DNA of 63,610 bases, counting the filler, from Stramenopiles sp. TOSAG23-2 (taxonomy: Eukaryota), in the NCBI GenBank assembly GCA_900128395.1. It is 6 parts of 6 records of this genome, joined end to end, with 100 filler letters (N's around TTAATTAATTAA, not from the genome) between each part and the next. Parts side by side here need not be neighbours in the genome. Positions count along the whole stretch, not along the records: positions 22,252 to 33,246 come from LT649972.1; positions 33,347 to 44,293 come from LT649973.1; 4 more parts are not named here. The stretch is one strand, 5' to 3'. The notes beneath the pieces were generated by a model. The model was given only the letters and a program-made list of their open reading frames with translations, was not told where the DNA came from and made no database searches. Every line of letters starts with the position of its first letter. Positions within the stretch are counted from its first letter, which is position 1. A program made the position numbers and the translations under genes. Of this stretch, positions 23,890 through 34,135 are shown piece by piece.

Positions 23890-24270
23890 TTAATATTGCC
23901 TACCGTATCTTTGTTGTTGTTGTTGTTGTTGAAGTAATGGTTGTTGCATATTATTTTGTTGCGGTTGGCCATAGTATTGTGGTTGTGCGTATTGTGGTTG
24001 TTGCAGTTGTTGCTGTACATATTGTGGCTGTTGGGCATACTGCTGTTGTTGTTGTTGTTGTTGATTTATCATTTGCTGGGTCATAAACGGTGGCAAATTA
24101 GAAATATTCGCAACAAACACTCCGCCAGTGAATCTATCATGATCAGACAAGAGAATCTCTGGTCTTTTCAACAAATCTTTCCAAGATTGCTTATCCCAAC
24201 TGGACCATTCATGATCTTCCATGTATCGTTCACTTACTGTTGAGCTTGTAAATGCATTTAAGATTTTTAC
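23890..24270 (-). CDS. 3' fragment of an unknown gene with a poly-Gln/QQPQY tail
   Basis: Frame stays open upstream of the ATG (VKILNAFTSSTVSERYM...) up to the duplication junction at ~24271. Confidence 0.55.
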   Translation of the reverse strand, partial: VKILNAFTSSTVSERYMEDHEWSSWDKQSWKDLLKRPEILLSDHDRFTGGVFVANISNLPPFMTQQMINQQQQQQQQYAQQPQYVQQQLQQPQYAQPQYYGQPQQNNMQQPLLQQQQQQQRYGRQY

Positions 24271-24271
24271 A

Positions 24272-25370
24272 ACAAAAGCATATTTAGAAAAAGATAGTTC
24301 CGTATCTATTCTTTGGGTACAAGCATTGTTAAAATGGTGGCCAAGACGAAATAGCGCAAAAGCTATTTGTTTCTTTCATGAGTTGAAAATGATTTTAGAT
24401 TTAATATCCCCATCTAACTTTGTAAAAATGATTCCAGATTTATTTAAATTATTAGGTGAATGCATGTTGGATTCAAATTTTCAAATTGCAGAGCAAACAT
24501 TATTATGTTGGAGAAGTGAATATTTTGTGAGCTTAGTAGCACAGAATCGTAAGGAAATTTTACCAAAAATTTTCCCCGCATTGCAAAAAAATGCCAAATC
24601 ACATTGGCATCCATTAATAAAATCTTTATCCATTAATGTATTGAAATTATTCAATGAAATAGATCCATGGTTAGTTACTAGATGCAATGAAGTCTTAAAG
24701 GAAGAGAAAAGTAGACAGAAAAAATTAGAAAAAATGAGACGTAAACGTAATAAAAAAGTGAATTCTGTCGTACGTTCAAAGAATAGTATATAAAATGTTC
24801 TCTTACTCATATATTATATATTAATAAAAGAAGTGTTAGAGAGTGTTCGGTGGTAGTATGATAGGTGGTGATAGAAAAAAAGAGAAAGAGGACAAAGGGA
24901 CGTAGACAACAAATTATATGTAAAAAATATTTTTTAGGAAACTATTTAAAGAAAATACGAGAGAGAGAATAGAAGTGTGTGGTAATGTGTGTGCACAATT
25001 AAAATAAAAAATATTCGTCGTAAAAATATTTTTTATGATACCAACAACGGGTATAAAATTTCCCCTCACTCTCCGATTTTCCATTTTACTAATATATATA
25101 TATATAATATGAATCTTTGATATTAATATTGCCCACCGTATCTTTGTTGTTGTTGTTGTTGTTGAAGTAATGGTTGTTGCATATAATTTTGTTGCTGGCC
25201 ATAGTATTGTGGTTGTGCGTATTGTGGTTGTTGCAGTTGTTGCTGTACATATTGTGGCTGTTGGGCATACTGCTGCTGTTGTTGTTGTTGTTGTTGTTGT
25301 TGATTTACCATTTGTTGGGTCATAAACGGTGGCAAATTAGAAATATTCGCAACAAACACTCCGCCAGTGA
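24272..25370 (+). repeat. Second copy of 23062-24131 (B56 3' end, intergenic region, poly-Gln gene tail)
   Basis: Coding part 24272-24787 appears identical to 23062-23577; the intergenic part differs by many indels and substitutions. Confidence 0.92.
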
Positions 25371-25376
25371 CATTTT

Positions 25377-26954
25377 TTACTTCTTTGCTCGGTAAAATAA
25401 TAAATAACCCATATCTCGATCACCACCACCTTTTAATAATAAAACATCCGAGGTTTTACATTCATCTACTTGGTCATCATCAAAACAAATCCAATTATCT
25501 CCATCTTGTCTTACCCATCCAATGTAATGGCCAGAATCAGCTGAACGTCCTTTATGCGATACTAATGCAAATAACTCATATTCACCTTGGAAATTTGCTG
25601 GTAAATTAATACCAGGAGAACCAAGTACAGCATCTTTATCACCTTGTGACATTGCTAATGCTTTTGCCAATTCATTTGCTTCATCAGATTCATCTTTCAT
25701 CACTGCATCACCATCTGAATCTTTTTTACTTTCATCCTTTTTATCACTTTCAGGTTTTCCATTGTCATCTTTTCCTTTTGCAATTTCAGCTTCTTCGGCA
25801 TCACGACTAACTTTTAAAATGGATTTTAATTTCTCCGTGCAAAATTCATACATATCAATAGTATGTTGAAAAGCAACAGGACGCAACATTTTACATTTAG
25901 TTCCAGTGCTTGGATCCATTTGTGTCGGTTCACGTTTTTTCCAATAAAATCTCATATATTGAACACATAAAATTTTTGGTAGTTGATTGATCTTTTGCGT
26001 TCTGTTCCATACTGCATTGCGATTTAATGATGGCGCATTTTTCTCAATTTGACCTTTTAACGCTTTATGCATACCTTGAAACATATGATCCACTTTGTCC
26101 GTTGATGAAGATCCACCATCGATGTTTACACGTAATTTGTAATCTAATGAAGTCGTTGTTTTCACTGGTTCTGCATCAGTTTCTTGACATTTATCTTCTT
26201 GCTCAAATTCAATACCAAAAATGGCATCAACTGCATTGTCACGATCACCAAGTATTTTTCCACAATCATTCCCTATTACGTCTTTTTTCAATGAATTTTT
26301 CAATGCAGTGAACAACGCACCCAATAATTCTTCTGCATCTTGCTGCATGTAACCACCATTGCGTCCACGTTCAGCAAATTGTGTAAACGTTTGTCTCATA
26401 CTATTGACAAATGCTATTGGTGTAACAGGTTCAAATTTATTGGCCATATCATTATATAATAAGCCAAGATTACGTGTGAAAGTACCAAACGTATCGCCTG
26501 TATTATTTTTACCAGATGCATTATATGCATTTAATACTTTATTCAATTCTGGTATACCACGTAAACATTGTAAAGTACTATTCATGTAACAAGTGTTTCC
26601 TAAATTATTCAAACCAGGTGGCAATAAGCTGTTTAAAGTGGCTTGTTGATTTTTTGTTAAATCTTCTAAAAATACAGTTTTTTCAACAGTTTTTAAAGTA
26701 TCAGCACTACCAACTAAAACAAGTTGTGATTTGTTTGGTTTAAATTTACAGGTACTCAAATCCGTATCGTCCTTCAACATACCTTTCCATGCACCTTTGC
26801 ACATGATCTTTTGCCTATCAACTGGCACATTGGTCAAAGCAAATAATTGTGCTTTAAGTGTAGCAACGTCACCACTTGGATTAAACGTAAACTCTTTCCA
26901 TTTTTTCGTACCCCATTTTAATTTGACTGTAATTTCTGATGCAAGTGATGCCAT
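25377..26954 (-). CDS. USP14: Proteasome-associated deubiquitinase USP14/Ubp6
   Basis: N-terminal UBL domain, GLNNLGNTCYMNSTLQCL, QQDAEE, MRFYWK, HKGRSADSGHYIGWV. Confidence 0.95.
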   Translation of the reverse strand: MASLASEITVKLKWGTKKWKEFTFNPSGDVATLKAQLFALTNVPVDRQKIMCKGAWKGMLKDDTDLSTCKFKPNKSQLVLVGSADTLKTVEKTVFLEDLTKNQQATLNSLLPPGLNNLGNTCYMNSTLQCLRGIPELNKVLNAYNASGKNNTGDTFGTFTRNLGLLYNDMANKFEPVTPIAFVNSMRQTFTQFAERGRNGGYMQQDAEELLGALFTALKNSLKKDVIGNDCGKILGDRDNAVDAIFGIEFEQEDKCQETDAEPVKTTTSLDYKLRVNIDGGSSSTDKVDHMFQGMHKALKGQIEKNAPSLNRNAVWNRTQKINQLPKILCVQYMRFYWKKREPTQMDPSTGTKCKMLRPVAFQHTIDMYEFCTEKLKSILKVSRDAEEAEIAKGKDDNGKPESDKKDESKKDSDGDAVMKDESDEANELAKALAMSQGDKDAVLGSPGINLPANFQGEYELFALVSHKGRSADSGHYIGWVRQDGDNWICFDDDQVDECKTSDVLLLKGGGDRDMGYLLFYRAKK

Positions 26955-27609
26955 AATTTTCTTGGTTTATTTAACAAACGTCTTTTGGTATTTCACTTAC
27001 TTATATGCTATTATTATATATCGTCCGATCAATTGTATAACGATACTAATAATAATATGTTTTTGCGTAATATCTAATATCTATGTTTTCTGTTGTATCA
27101 ATATATATATACTATCTACCTATTCAATTATTTTCAAAAACAATATAATAAATTTAGTAGTTCTATAGTTCTATAATATAGTACATTAACATTATTAATA
27201 GAAGAAGATGACTAAAAAATGTTGATCCTTGTGGTATTTTCAAATGCACATATGTACTTATTACAGTATACTAGCCCGCCTAGCTCTAGAAGTAGAAAAA
27301 GATCATTCGAATATCGAGATATTTAAGGTATAAACTATCATGGAAATAGTATTAGCATGATGGAGTTTTGATTTCTTCTAATTCATTAATTTTTTTAAAA
27401 ATTTTTTTGTTTTTGAAAATTGAATGAACACACACAACATTTACATTTATTATTAGTTTTAAAATTAAAATATTCACTTAGTTGTTTGTTCCTTTTCCCT
27501 TACGTAAGAGAAAACAATTTTATGAAGACGTAAAAGGTAAAAAAAAAAGAAGTAAGTGGACAAGAAAAAAGAAAGGAAGGATACAAACAACGTAATATAA
27601 TAGTATCAT

Positions 27610-28548
27610 ATGGGTGATTTAGCGCAATTGTTGCAACAATTTGGTGGTGGTGGTGGTGGTGGCATGGCCGCTGCTGCAAATATACCAATTATGGATACTG
27701 CAGAAACTGTTCATATATCATCTATGGCATTGATAAAAATGTTGAAACATGGACGTTTAGGTATACCAATGGAAGTCATGGGTTTGATGCTTGGTGAGTT
27801 TGTTGATGACTATACAGTAACTGTCGTTGATGTTTTTGCGATGCCACAGCATGGTACAGGTGTATCCGTAGAAGCCGTTGATCCTGTTTTTCAAACTAAA
27901 ATGTTGGATATGTTGAAGCAAACTGGTCGACCTGAAATGGTTGTTGGTTGGTATCACTCACATCCTGGTTTCGGTACATGGTTATCTGGCGTTGATATTA
28001 ATACACAAACAAGTTTTGAAGCATTAAATCCACGTGCGGTAGCTGTTGTTGTTGATCCGGTACAATCAGTAAAAGGAAAAGTTGTTATTGATGCATTTCG
28101 TTTGATCAATCCACAAACTTTAATGATGGGAAAAGAGCCAAGACAAACCACATCGAATATTCATTATTTACAAAAACCATCTATCCATGCTTTAATCCAT
28201 GGTTTAAATCGTAGTTATTATCAAATCAACATGGCGTACAGAAAAAATGCATTGGAAATGCAAATGTTACGTAATCTTGATAAAAAACCATGGCAAGTTG
28301 GTTTGACAACGGACAATTTCGAAAAACATTCAAAAACAAATGAAACGACCGTGGAAGGTATGATGAAATTAGCAACAAATTATAATACATACGTACAAGA
28401 TGAAAGTAAAAAAACATCAGAAGAATTAGTAGTAGATCGAGTTGGTAAACAAGATCCAAAACGTCATTTAGATTCTTCTGTCACTGATTTAATGACTAGT
28501 AATATTGATCAATGTTTAGGAACTATGTTGGATACGGTTGTATTTTAA
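27610..28548 (+). CDS. RPN11: 26S proteasome lid deubiquitinase RPN11/PSMD14
   Basis: [35 protein letters not shown] motif [17 protein letters not shown]. Confidence 0.97.
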   Translation: MGDLAQLLQQFGGGGGGGMAAAANIPIMDTAETVHISSMALIKMLKHGRLGIPMEVMGLMLGEFVDDYTVTVVDVFAMPQHGTGVSVEAVDPVFQTKMLDMLKQTGRPEMVVGWYHSHPGFGTWLSGVDINTQTSFEALNPRAVAVVVDPVQSVKGKVVIDAFRLINPQTLMMGKEPRQTTSNIHYLQKPSIHALIHGLNRSYYQINMAYRKNALEMQMLRNLDKKPWQVGLTTDNFEKHSKTNETTVEGMMKLATNYNTYVQDESKKTSEELVVDRVGKQDPKRHLDSSVTDLMTSNIDQCLGTMLDTVVF

Positions 28549-28764
28549 AATATACACATACAATTTGTGTAGGGACATAGAAAGGGGCGCTTTGTAGCAT
28601 ACACATCACATGTATGAAGTCGTATGTATTTTTATAGGAGAAACATTACACCAACATTATTGATCATATTTGTAATAAAGGCGTGAAGCTTTCACACAAC
28701 AACAAAATTTATAATATAAAATCGTATGTACGTAAATATATATTATTTTTTGAAAATTATGTTT

Positions 28765-29331
28765 TTATAAATCATCCTCATCCTCGGAAGATTCAATATC
28801 AGAATCTGGATTCACTATATTATCTAAATATTTCAATGCATCATTTATACTCTTATTATATACATCCCTTTTATTATGCTCTATTTGTAAAATTGTATTC
28901 ACATCATCATTCTTATTCTTCTTGTTATTATTACTATTTACATCTTGATGTGGAAAAATTTGATTTTTATTATGTATATTTGAATCAAAAACATTCAATA
29001 AGTTAAGATCAGGAACGTTTGGTGCAATAATTTCATGACGTAAGTTCACTCTTGAATAATCATCTGAACGCGCGTTTTTAGGATTATACATAATTTTATT
29101 GGCCAATTCATCGAGATGTTTCGATACGACACGGAACGAAGATAATAAATCTTTAGAGTCTACGTCAATTTTTTCATCTTTTTTATATACATCTTCTATA
29201 CGTTTACGTAATGATTCAATTTGTTGAAGGATATTACGTAATTGAATCTGCCTTTCCCGTTGGATATTGTTGGAATTGGCATTTTTGTTGTTGTTATTGT
29301 TAGAGCCATTAGATGGCATTGGCATCATCAT
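28765..29331 (-). CDS. Mediator subunit MED8-like protein (tentative)
   Basis: LRNILQQIESLRKRI...DLLSSFRVVSKHLDEL...LRHEIIAP follows the MED8 N-terminal pattern; start placed at MMMMPM. Confidence 0.45.
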   Translation of the reverse strand: MMMPMPSNGSNNNNNKNANSNNIQRERQIQLRNILQQIESLRKRIEDVYKKDEKIDVDSKDLLSSFRVVSKHLDELANKIMYNPKNARSDDYSRVNLRHEIIAPNVPDLNLLNVFDSNIHNKNQIFPHQDVNSNNNKKNKNDDVNTILQIEHNKRDVYNKSINDALKYLDNIVNPDSDIESSEDEDDL

Positions 29332-29550
29332 CATCTTGTTATTTCGTTTTTTATATCTCTTGTTTTTTCTGTTTTCTTCCTTGATGTTCTTTTGTATTTT
29401 GCACTTTGTTGTAATATATATATTTAAAATTATTATGAAAAACAAAATATTAATTTGTATTTTTTAGTTCAAAGTTGTTATACTTATTTATTTTATTTAC
29501 TATTCTTTTATTCGTTATATTTCCTATATATCACAAGTGGACATCACACA

Positions 29551-29811
29551 TCATGGCTTCTCCCACACAGACTCTCCAGTTCTACTATTGAACCAATAAA
29601 CTTCATTCTCTTCAGTATAATTTCGTTCCCATTCATCATCATCATCGTGTACACTTTTTTCATAAGTATAATCATCATCATTATCTGTATGTTCTTCTTT
29701 GCCTGTTCCATCATACATTGCATGCAAATGTTTGATCTTTTGTTGTAACGATTTATTTTCTTTCTTAACTTGTTTCAATTCTTTTTTTTTTAATTTTAAT
29801 TTTTGAATGTT
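29551..29811 (-). CDS. 3' fragment: coiled coil plus C-terminal WW domain
   Basis: NIQKLKLKKKELKQVKKENKSLQQKIKHL ... EWERNYTEENEVYWFNSRTGESVWEKP; no ATG upstream of the coiled coil. Confidence 0.65.
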   Translation of the reverse strand, partial: NIQKLKLKKKELKQVKKENKSLQQKIKHLHAMYDGTGKEEHTDNDDDYTYEKSVHDDDDEWERNYTEENEVYWFNSRTGESVWEKP

Positions 29812-30491
29812 TCACTTGTTTGCTCCATTAAATCATTATATGTCCCGATAGAACATTTCATTTTATAAATTGGTTCTGGGCAATAATATCCCTTTGGACA
29901 GCTGATACATGATTTTTTATCTCCTTGTCCAGGCAGTAATTGGTACGTACCTTTATCACAGCCAATACATGATTTTTCACTAACTTGTAATGTTAGACTA
30001 TTATATTTTCCTGCAGCACATGCGCTTCGACTTGTCTCATTTTTGCAGAAGAACCCCGGCTCACATGGTCTGCAAATGGCATTTTGACCTCCATTGGAAT
30101 AATACCCTTCTGGGCATCTCGTACATGTGGCCGTTTTACATATACATCGATACGATTCACTACATGGTTGTAGCGAAGTTGCACCTGTATTAAAATAATA
30201 CTTTGTTGTCCAACTTGGAAAGATACAACCAACATTAGCCACTGTTGTCCAATCTCTAGATGTATCAAATCCATGATTACTATAAATTCCACCCTTATTC
30301 ATATTATCAATCGCGGCTTGTTGGCATTCCGGTTCGGTTGTTATTGGTAACAGGCATGTACCTGAAGTTCTTATTGGGATGGGATCAGATCCAAATCCAA
30401 TTTCACACACATTATTAGATTTGACTAGACGACAAGTTGCAAACAGCAAAAAGAATATTATCACGTATTGACGAGGCAAAGGGGAAGACAT
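29796..30491 (-). CDS. Secreted/surface Cys-rich protein N-terminus (TNFR/GCC2-GCC3-like repeats), truncated mid-repeat
   Basis: Signal peptide (YVIIFFLLFATC), then CPEGYYS, CEPGFFC, CAAGKYN, CDKGTYQ, CPKGYYC, CSIGTYN. Confidence 0.75.
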   Translation of the reverse strand: MSSPLPRQYVIIFFLLFATCRLVKSNNVCEIGFGSDPIPIRTSGTCLLPITTEPECQQAAIDNMNKGGIYSNHGFDTSRDWTTVANVGCIFPSWTTKYYFNTGATSLQPCSESYRCICKTATCTRCPEGYYSNGGQNAICRPCEPGFFCKNETSRSACAAGKYNSLTLQVSEKSCIGCDKGTYQLLPGQGDKKSCISCPKGYYCPEPIYKMKCSIGTYNDLMEQTSETFKN

Positions 30492-30844
30492 GTTTTGTTG
30501 TTTTGGATCTCTCTTTAAATTTTATTACTAGACGACTACCACGATTTCTTTGTTTTATAATATAAAATATCATTAGGAGTACATCATTCAAAAAATTATA
30601 TTTGTATTTTATCTCTCTTATTAAATGTGTTTTATGTTGTTTTCCACCTTTCCAGGTGCTACTGTAGTATTGTATGTTGCCTAATCTATAATAATAAATA
30701 TAAATAAAAAAAGAAACTGAAAAATTTTAAAGCACCTTTTTCACCATTATTAGAGGCCGTCTTTTCATTTTATACTCTATTTATAACATACTAAAATTTA
30801 AATTACAAATTACAGCCTTTTTTAGGTAACAGTTTGCCCACCCG

Positions 30845-33088
30845 TTACCTTTTTAAATAATAATTGCAAATTGCGATTAAACCATCTATTTCAAAAAATG
30901 TTCCTAATTCTAATAAAGATTCATGTTTCTCTTTTAATATTGATACATGCAACCTTCCATCATGTAAATAGTTTACAACGTCTTTCACATGGTTTGGATC
31001 AAGTTGTTTTAATATTACCTCACGTCCATCTGCTGCCCAACGCCCCTTTAATTTTTTTCTGAAAAACCCAGAACGCAATTTCAATATTTGAACATGTGAA
31101 TTAATAGTCTTACGTTTAGGACCAATCCCACAAATTAATTCTACGTCTGTTTCATGCTTAACTGCAAGTGCACGGAAATGTAATCTACGTGCAGATTGGA
31201 AAAGTCTAGCAGAATCAATTGATTGTTGATTTGATGATGTTTTTGACCTTGCCGTACCCATTCTAGAAGAATCCAACGATGAACGACTTGTACGTTTCGT
31301 ACTTCTACCAGTCAATGGCTTTAATTCATCATCATCATCGCCATCCCCCATCATACTTTCAGCTAGTAACTTTTCCTTCTCTTCAAGTTCTTTATAATAA
31401 TCAATCGGTAATCCATCTTGACTAGATATACAATATGACCATTCATCAGTATCAATGTATCTTTCTTCATCTGATACTGCATTTAAATGTTCTCTAGTCT
31501 CATATCCAGGTATACCATCATTAATATAATAATAATAATTTGATGTATAGACGACATTTGATTTTATACCATCATCATATATTTTTTTGATAGAAGACCA
31601 TTTTTTCTCCTTGTCGCTCATAATAATCATATCACTATCTTCTCCATCTTTCTTTTCTGATTTTTTGCTTTGTTCTAATAATTCTAATAATGGTGCAATT
31701 GGTGTCTTACCGGTTGAATCTATCATATTCACCGCGGCGGGATACGTTGCCCATAGTATTGGAATTAAATCTTCATCACTATTTGTTATTGCATTATGTA
31801 AAGGTAATTTTAATGTATAAAGTTCTTGAGATTCACATGATTGGGGATATGTATCTATGATGCGTTCTATTACATCTTCCAATGATTGGTATTTTACGGA
31901 TAAATGCAATGCACGGCATATGCATGTATGTAAACGATCACGTTTCATATCTTCCTCATTTGTTTTATTATTGTTATTTTTATTTCTCCTAGAGGTATTA
32001 TTATCATCGCTTTTATTTGTCGTTGATTCAGGTGCTGGTTGATATTTCAATTTTAATTCTAATAATAAACGATTAATTTGGGACACTGTTATATATTTAA
32101 AACCTACTTGAGCGCCTGCTAATAATGCAAATAAATTCTGATCAATAATATATTGGATTGTTTCATATGGTGCATTAAATTTAATAGCAATGTATAATAT
32201 GGTGTGACCATCTTCATCAATACGTTTATGTAATGCTTGCATGTTATATTTCAACAATAATTCAATATCTGATATGCGTACATTGGACCATACTTTTTTA
32301 TGCCATATAGTTTTATCTAATAAAGCAAGTGGATTTTCTTCAACAAGTTTTTGCATAGTTGCTATCGGTGCATCCCATACTAAGGCTAAATACAACGGTA
32401 ATTTCCCGTCTTTATTTCGCAAATTTAATAGGCGGCATGGGTGATTGTTACTGTTTTGTTGTTGGGTATTATTATTATTATTATTAGTAGTAGTAGTATC
32501 ATCGTCATTAATGGCATTATTATTAGGATATTTTTCACTTATTATAGAATTGATATCTTCTGGCGTTGTATCTACCCATCCATTATTACGATCAAAAATA
32601 TCTAACACTCCGATAGAGATATCTTTTGATAGCATTAATTCTTTTAACAATGTGACTGTTTTGTATCGATTGGTAACTTTTGCCATTTCAAGTGCCCTAT
32701 GCCCAAAATTATTTCGTATAGTAGCAGTATTTGGATCATGATGGAATAAAATTTGTACAAGTTTGGAAAATCCTTTTGTTGCTGCAATCATAATTGGCAA
32801 ACGACCATCATTATTAAATTTATTTACACATGTTGGATATATACTTAACAAAAACTCCAACGTTTTCGGAATACAACCAAAGTAAGCAGCTAAATGTATC
32901 GGAGTATTTTTTTCATCCATGTCGATAATATTATATATATCGGTATTATTATCGTCATTACAGTCTTCTTCTTCTTTTTCAGAACTATTATTATTGCTTC
33001 TAGCGATTATATTTTCAATGTCTAATATTGTTGCACCTTGCCATTCTACTTTATCATGTGATATCAAAGACGATAATTTTGTTCGCAT
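30845..33088 (-). CDS. Ankyrin-repeat protein with C-terminal BTB/POZ domain
   Basis: TPIHLAAYFG, GRLPIMIAA, GKLPLYLAL, LPLHNAI; BTB-like TDVELICG...HVQILKLRSGFF...VVNYLHDG. Confidence 0.8.
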   Translation of the reverse strand: MRTKLSSLISHDKVEWQGATILDIENIIARSNNNSSEKEEEDCNDDNNTDIYNIIDMDEKNTPIHLAAYFGCIPKTLEFLLSIYPTCVNKFNNDGRLPIMIAATKGFSKLVQILFHHDPNTATIRNNFGHRALEMAKVTNRYKTVTLLKELMLSKDISIGVLDIFDRNNGWVDTTPEDINSIISEKYPNNNAINDDDTTTTNNNNNNTQQQNSNNHPCRLLNLRNKDGKLPLYLALVWDAPIATMQKLVEENPLALLDKTIWHKKVWSNVRISDIELLLKYNMQALHKRIDEDGHTILYIAIKFNAPYETIQYIIDQNLFALLAGAQVGFKYITVSQINRLLLELKLKYQPAPESTTNKSDDNNTSRRNKNNNNKTNEEDMKRDRLHTCICRALHLSVKYQSLEDVIERIIDTYPQSCESQELYTLKLPLHNAITNSDEDLIPILWATYPAAVNMIDSTGKTPIAPLLELLEQSKKSEKKDGEDSDMIIMSDKEKKWSSIKKIYDDGIKSNVVYTSNYYYYINDGIPGYETREHLNAVSDEERYIDTDEWSYCISSQDGLPIDYYKELEEKEKLLAESMMGDGDDDDELKPLTGRSTKRTSRSSLDSSRMGTARSKTSSNQQSIDSARLFQSARRLHFRALAVKHETDVELICGIGPKRKTINSHVQILKLRSGFFRKKLKGRWAADGREVILKQLDPNHVKDVVNYLHDGRLHVSILKEKHESLLELGTFFEIDGLIAICNYYLKR

Positions 33089-34135
33089 CTTTAAAATGAC
33101 AATGTCTCTTAGATAGACAGTGGATTACAAAATGAGGCAATATTAATGTTTATGTATTATTATCCGGATTCGTAGTTTTAGGAACGTGTATATATATATA
33201 TAGAATTATTGATATATAATATTAGTCTAGTTAATAATTATTATTANNNNNNNNNNNNNNNNNNNNNNNNNNNNNNNNNNNNNNNNNNNNTTAATTAATT
33301 AANNNNNNNNNNNNNNNNNNNNNNNNNNNNNNNNNNNNNNNNNNNNTTTGACTAAGTTAAATTTTCAATTATTTCATAGGTAAATATACTTCTTAGTTAT
33401 AAATATATGAAGTATAATGCTATTTCATGCTATCGATTTTACCATGTTATAAGCATTTTGACAATCTACTATGAGACCCTTAAATTGTTTTAAATTTTAT
33501 AAACTAAAAGTAATTACTTATGATATTTCAGGGCAGGGGTCCTTGCCTGGCAGGCGAATGTTGTAAAATGATGGATAAAAAAAAGATATACTACTTTTTT
33601 ACAATATTATAAGTACGAATTTTGTATACTAATATTACTATTTGACCAAAAATCACATTGATAATATATGATCTAGATCCGTTTTTTCATCTCCTCACAA
33701 CATGTTGCACATCAGACTTTCCGGTAATAATACCTGGTATAATAGCTCCTATAATTGAACTAATATTACAGTATAATATCGACAGACTTTTTACAACAAC
33801 ATGATGATACCTGGCCCTAAGGCTGGTAATAATAATATGATGTGAAATGAGGAATGCCGAATGACAGTTTAATTTTTTTTTACCAACAACAACACAACAA
33901 ATAATTAATCCTGGTAATATAAATATAGTATTAATACTGTACGGGTATAGTCTATAGATTATATTGATTGTTTAAATTATATTACGTATCATATTTCGAT
34001 TTTAACATAACATTGTCATATTCAACGTAAAACATATTAAAGTATTTATTAAACAAAAAAAGTAGAAAAGGTTAGAATCAATAGTAAAATAAATTTATAT
34101 ACGAGAAATAGCAAGTACGTTATTTACAACCAAAT

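Noticed and set aside
33347..33530. Possible third, reverse copy of the contig-start repeat (TCATAGG-AAATAT similarity)
   Set aside because: The match is too short and too AT-rich to support by eye.
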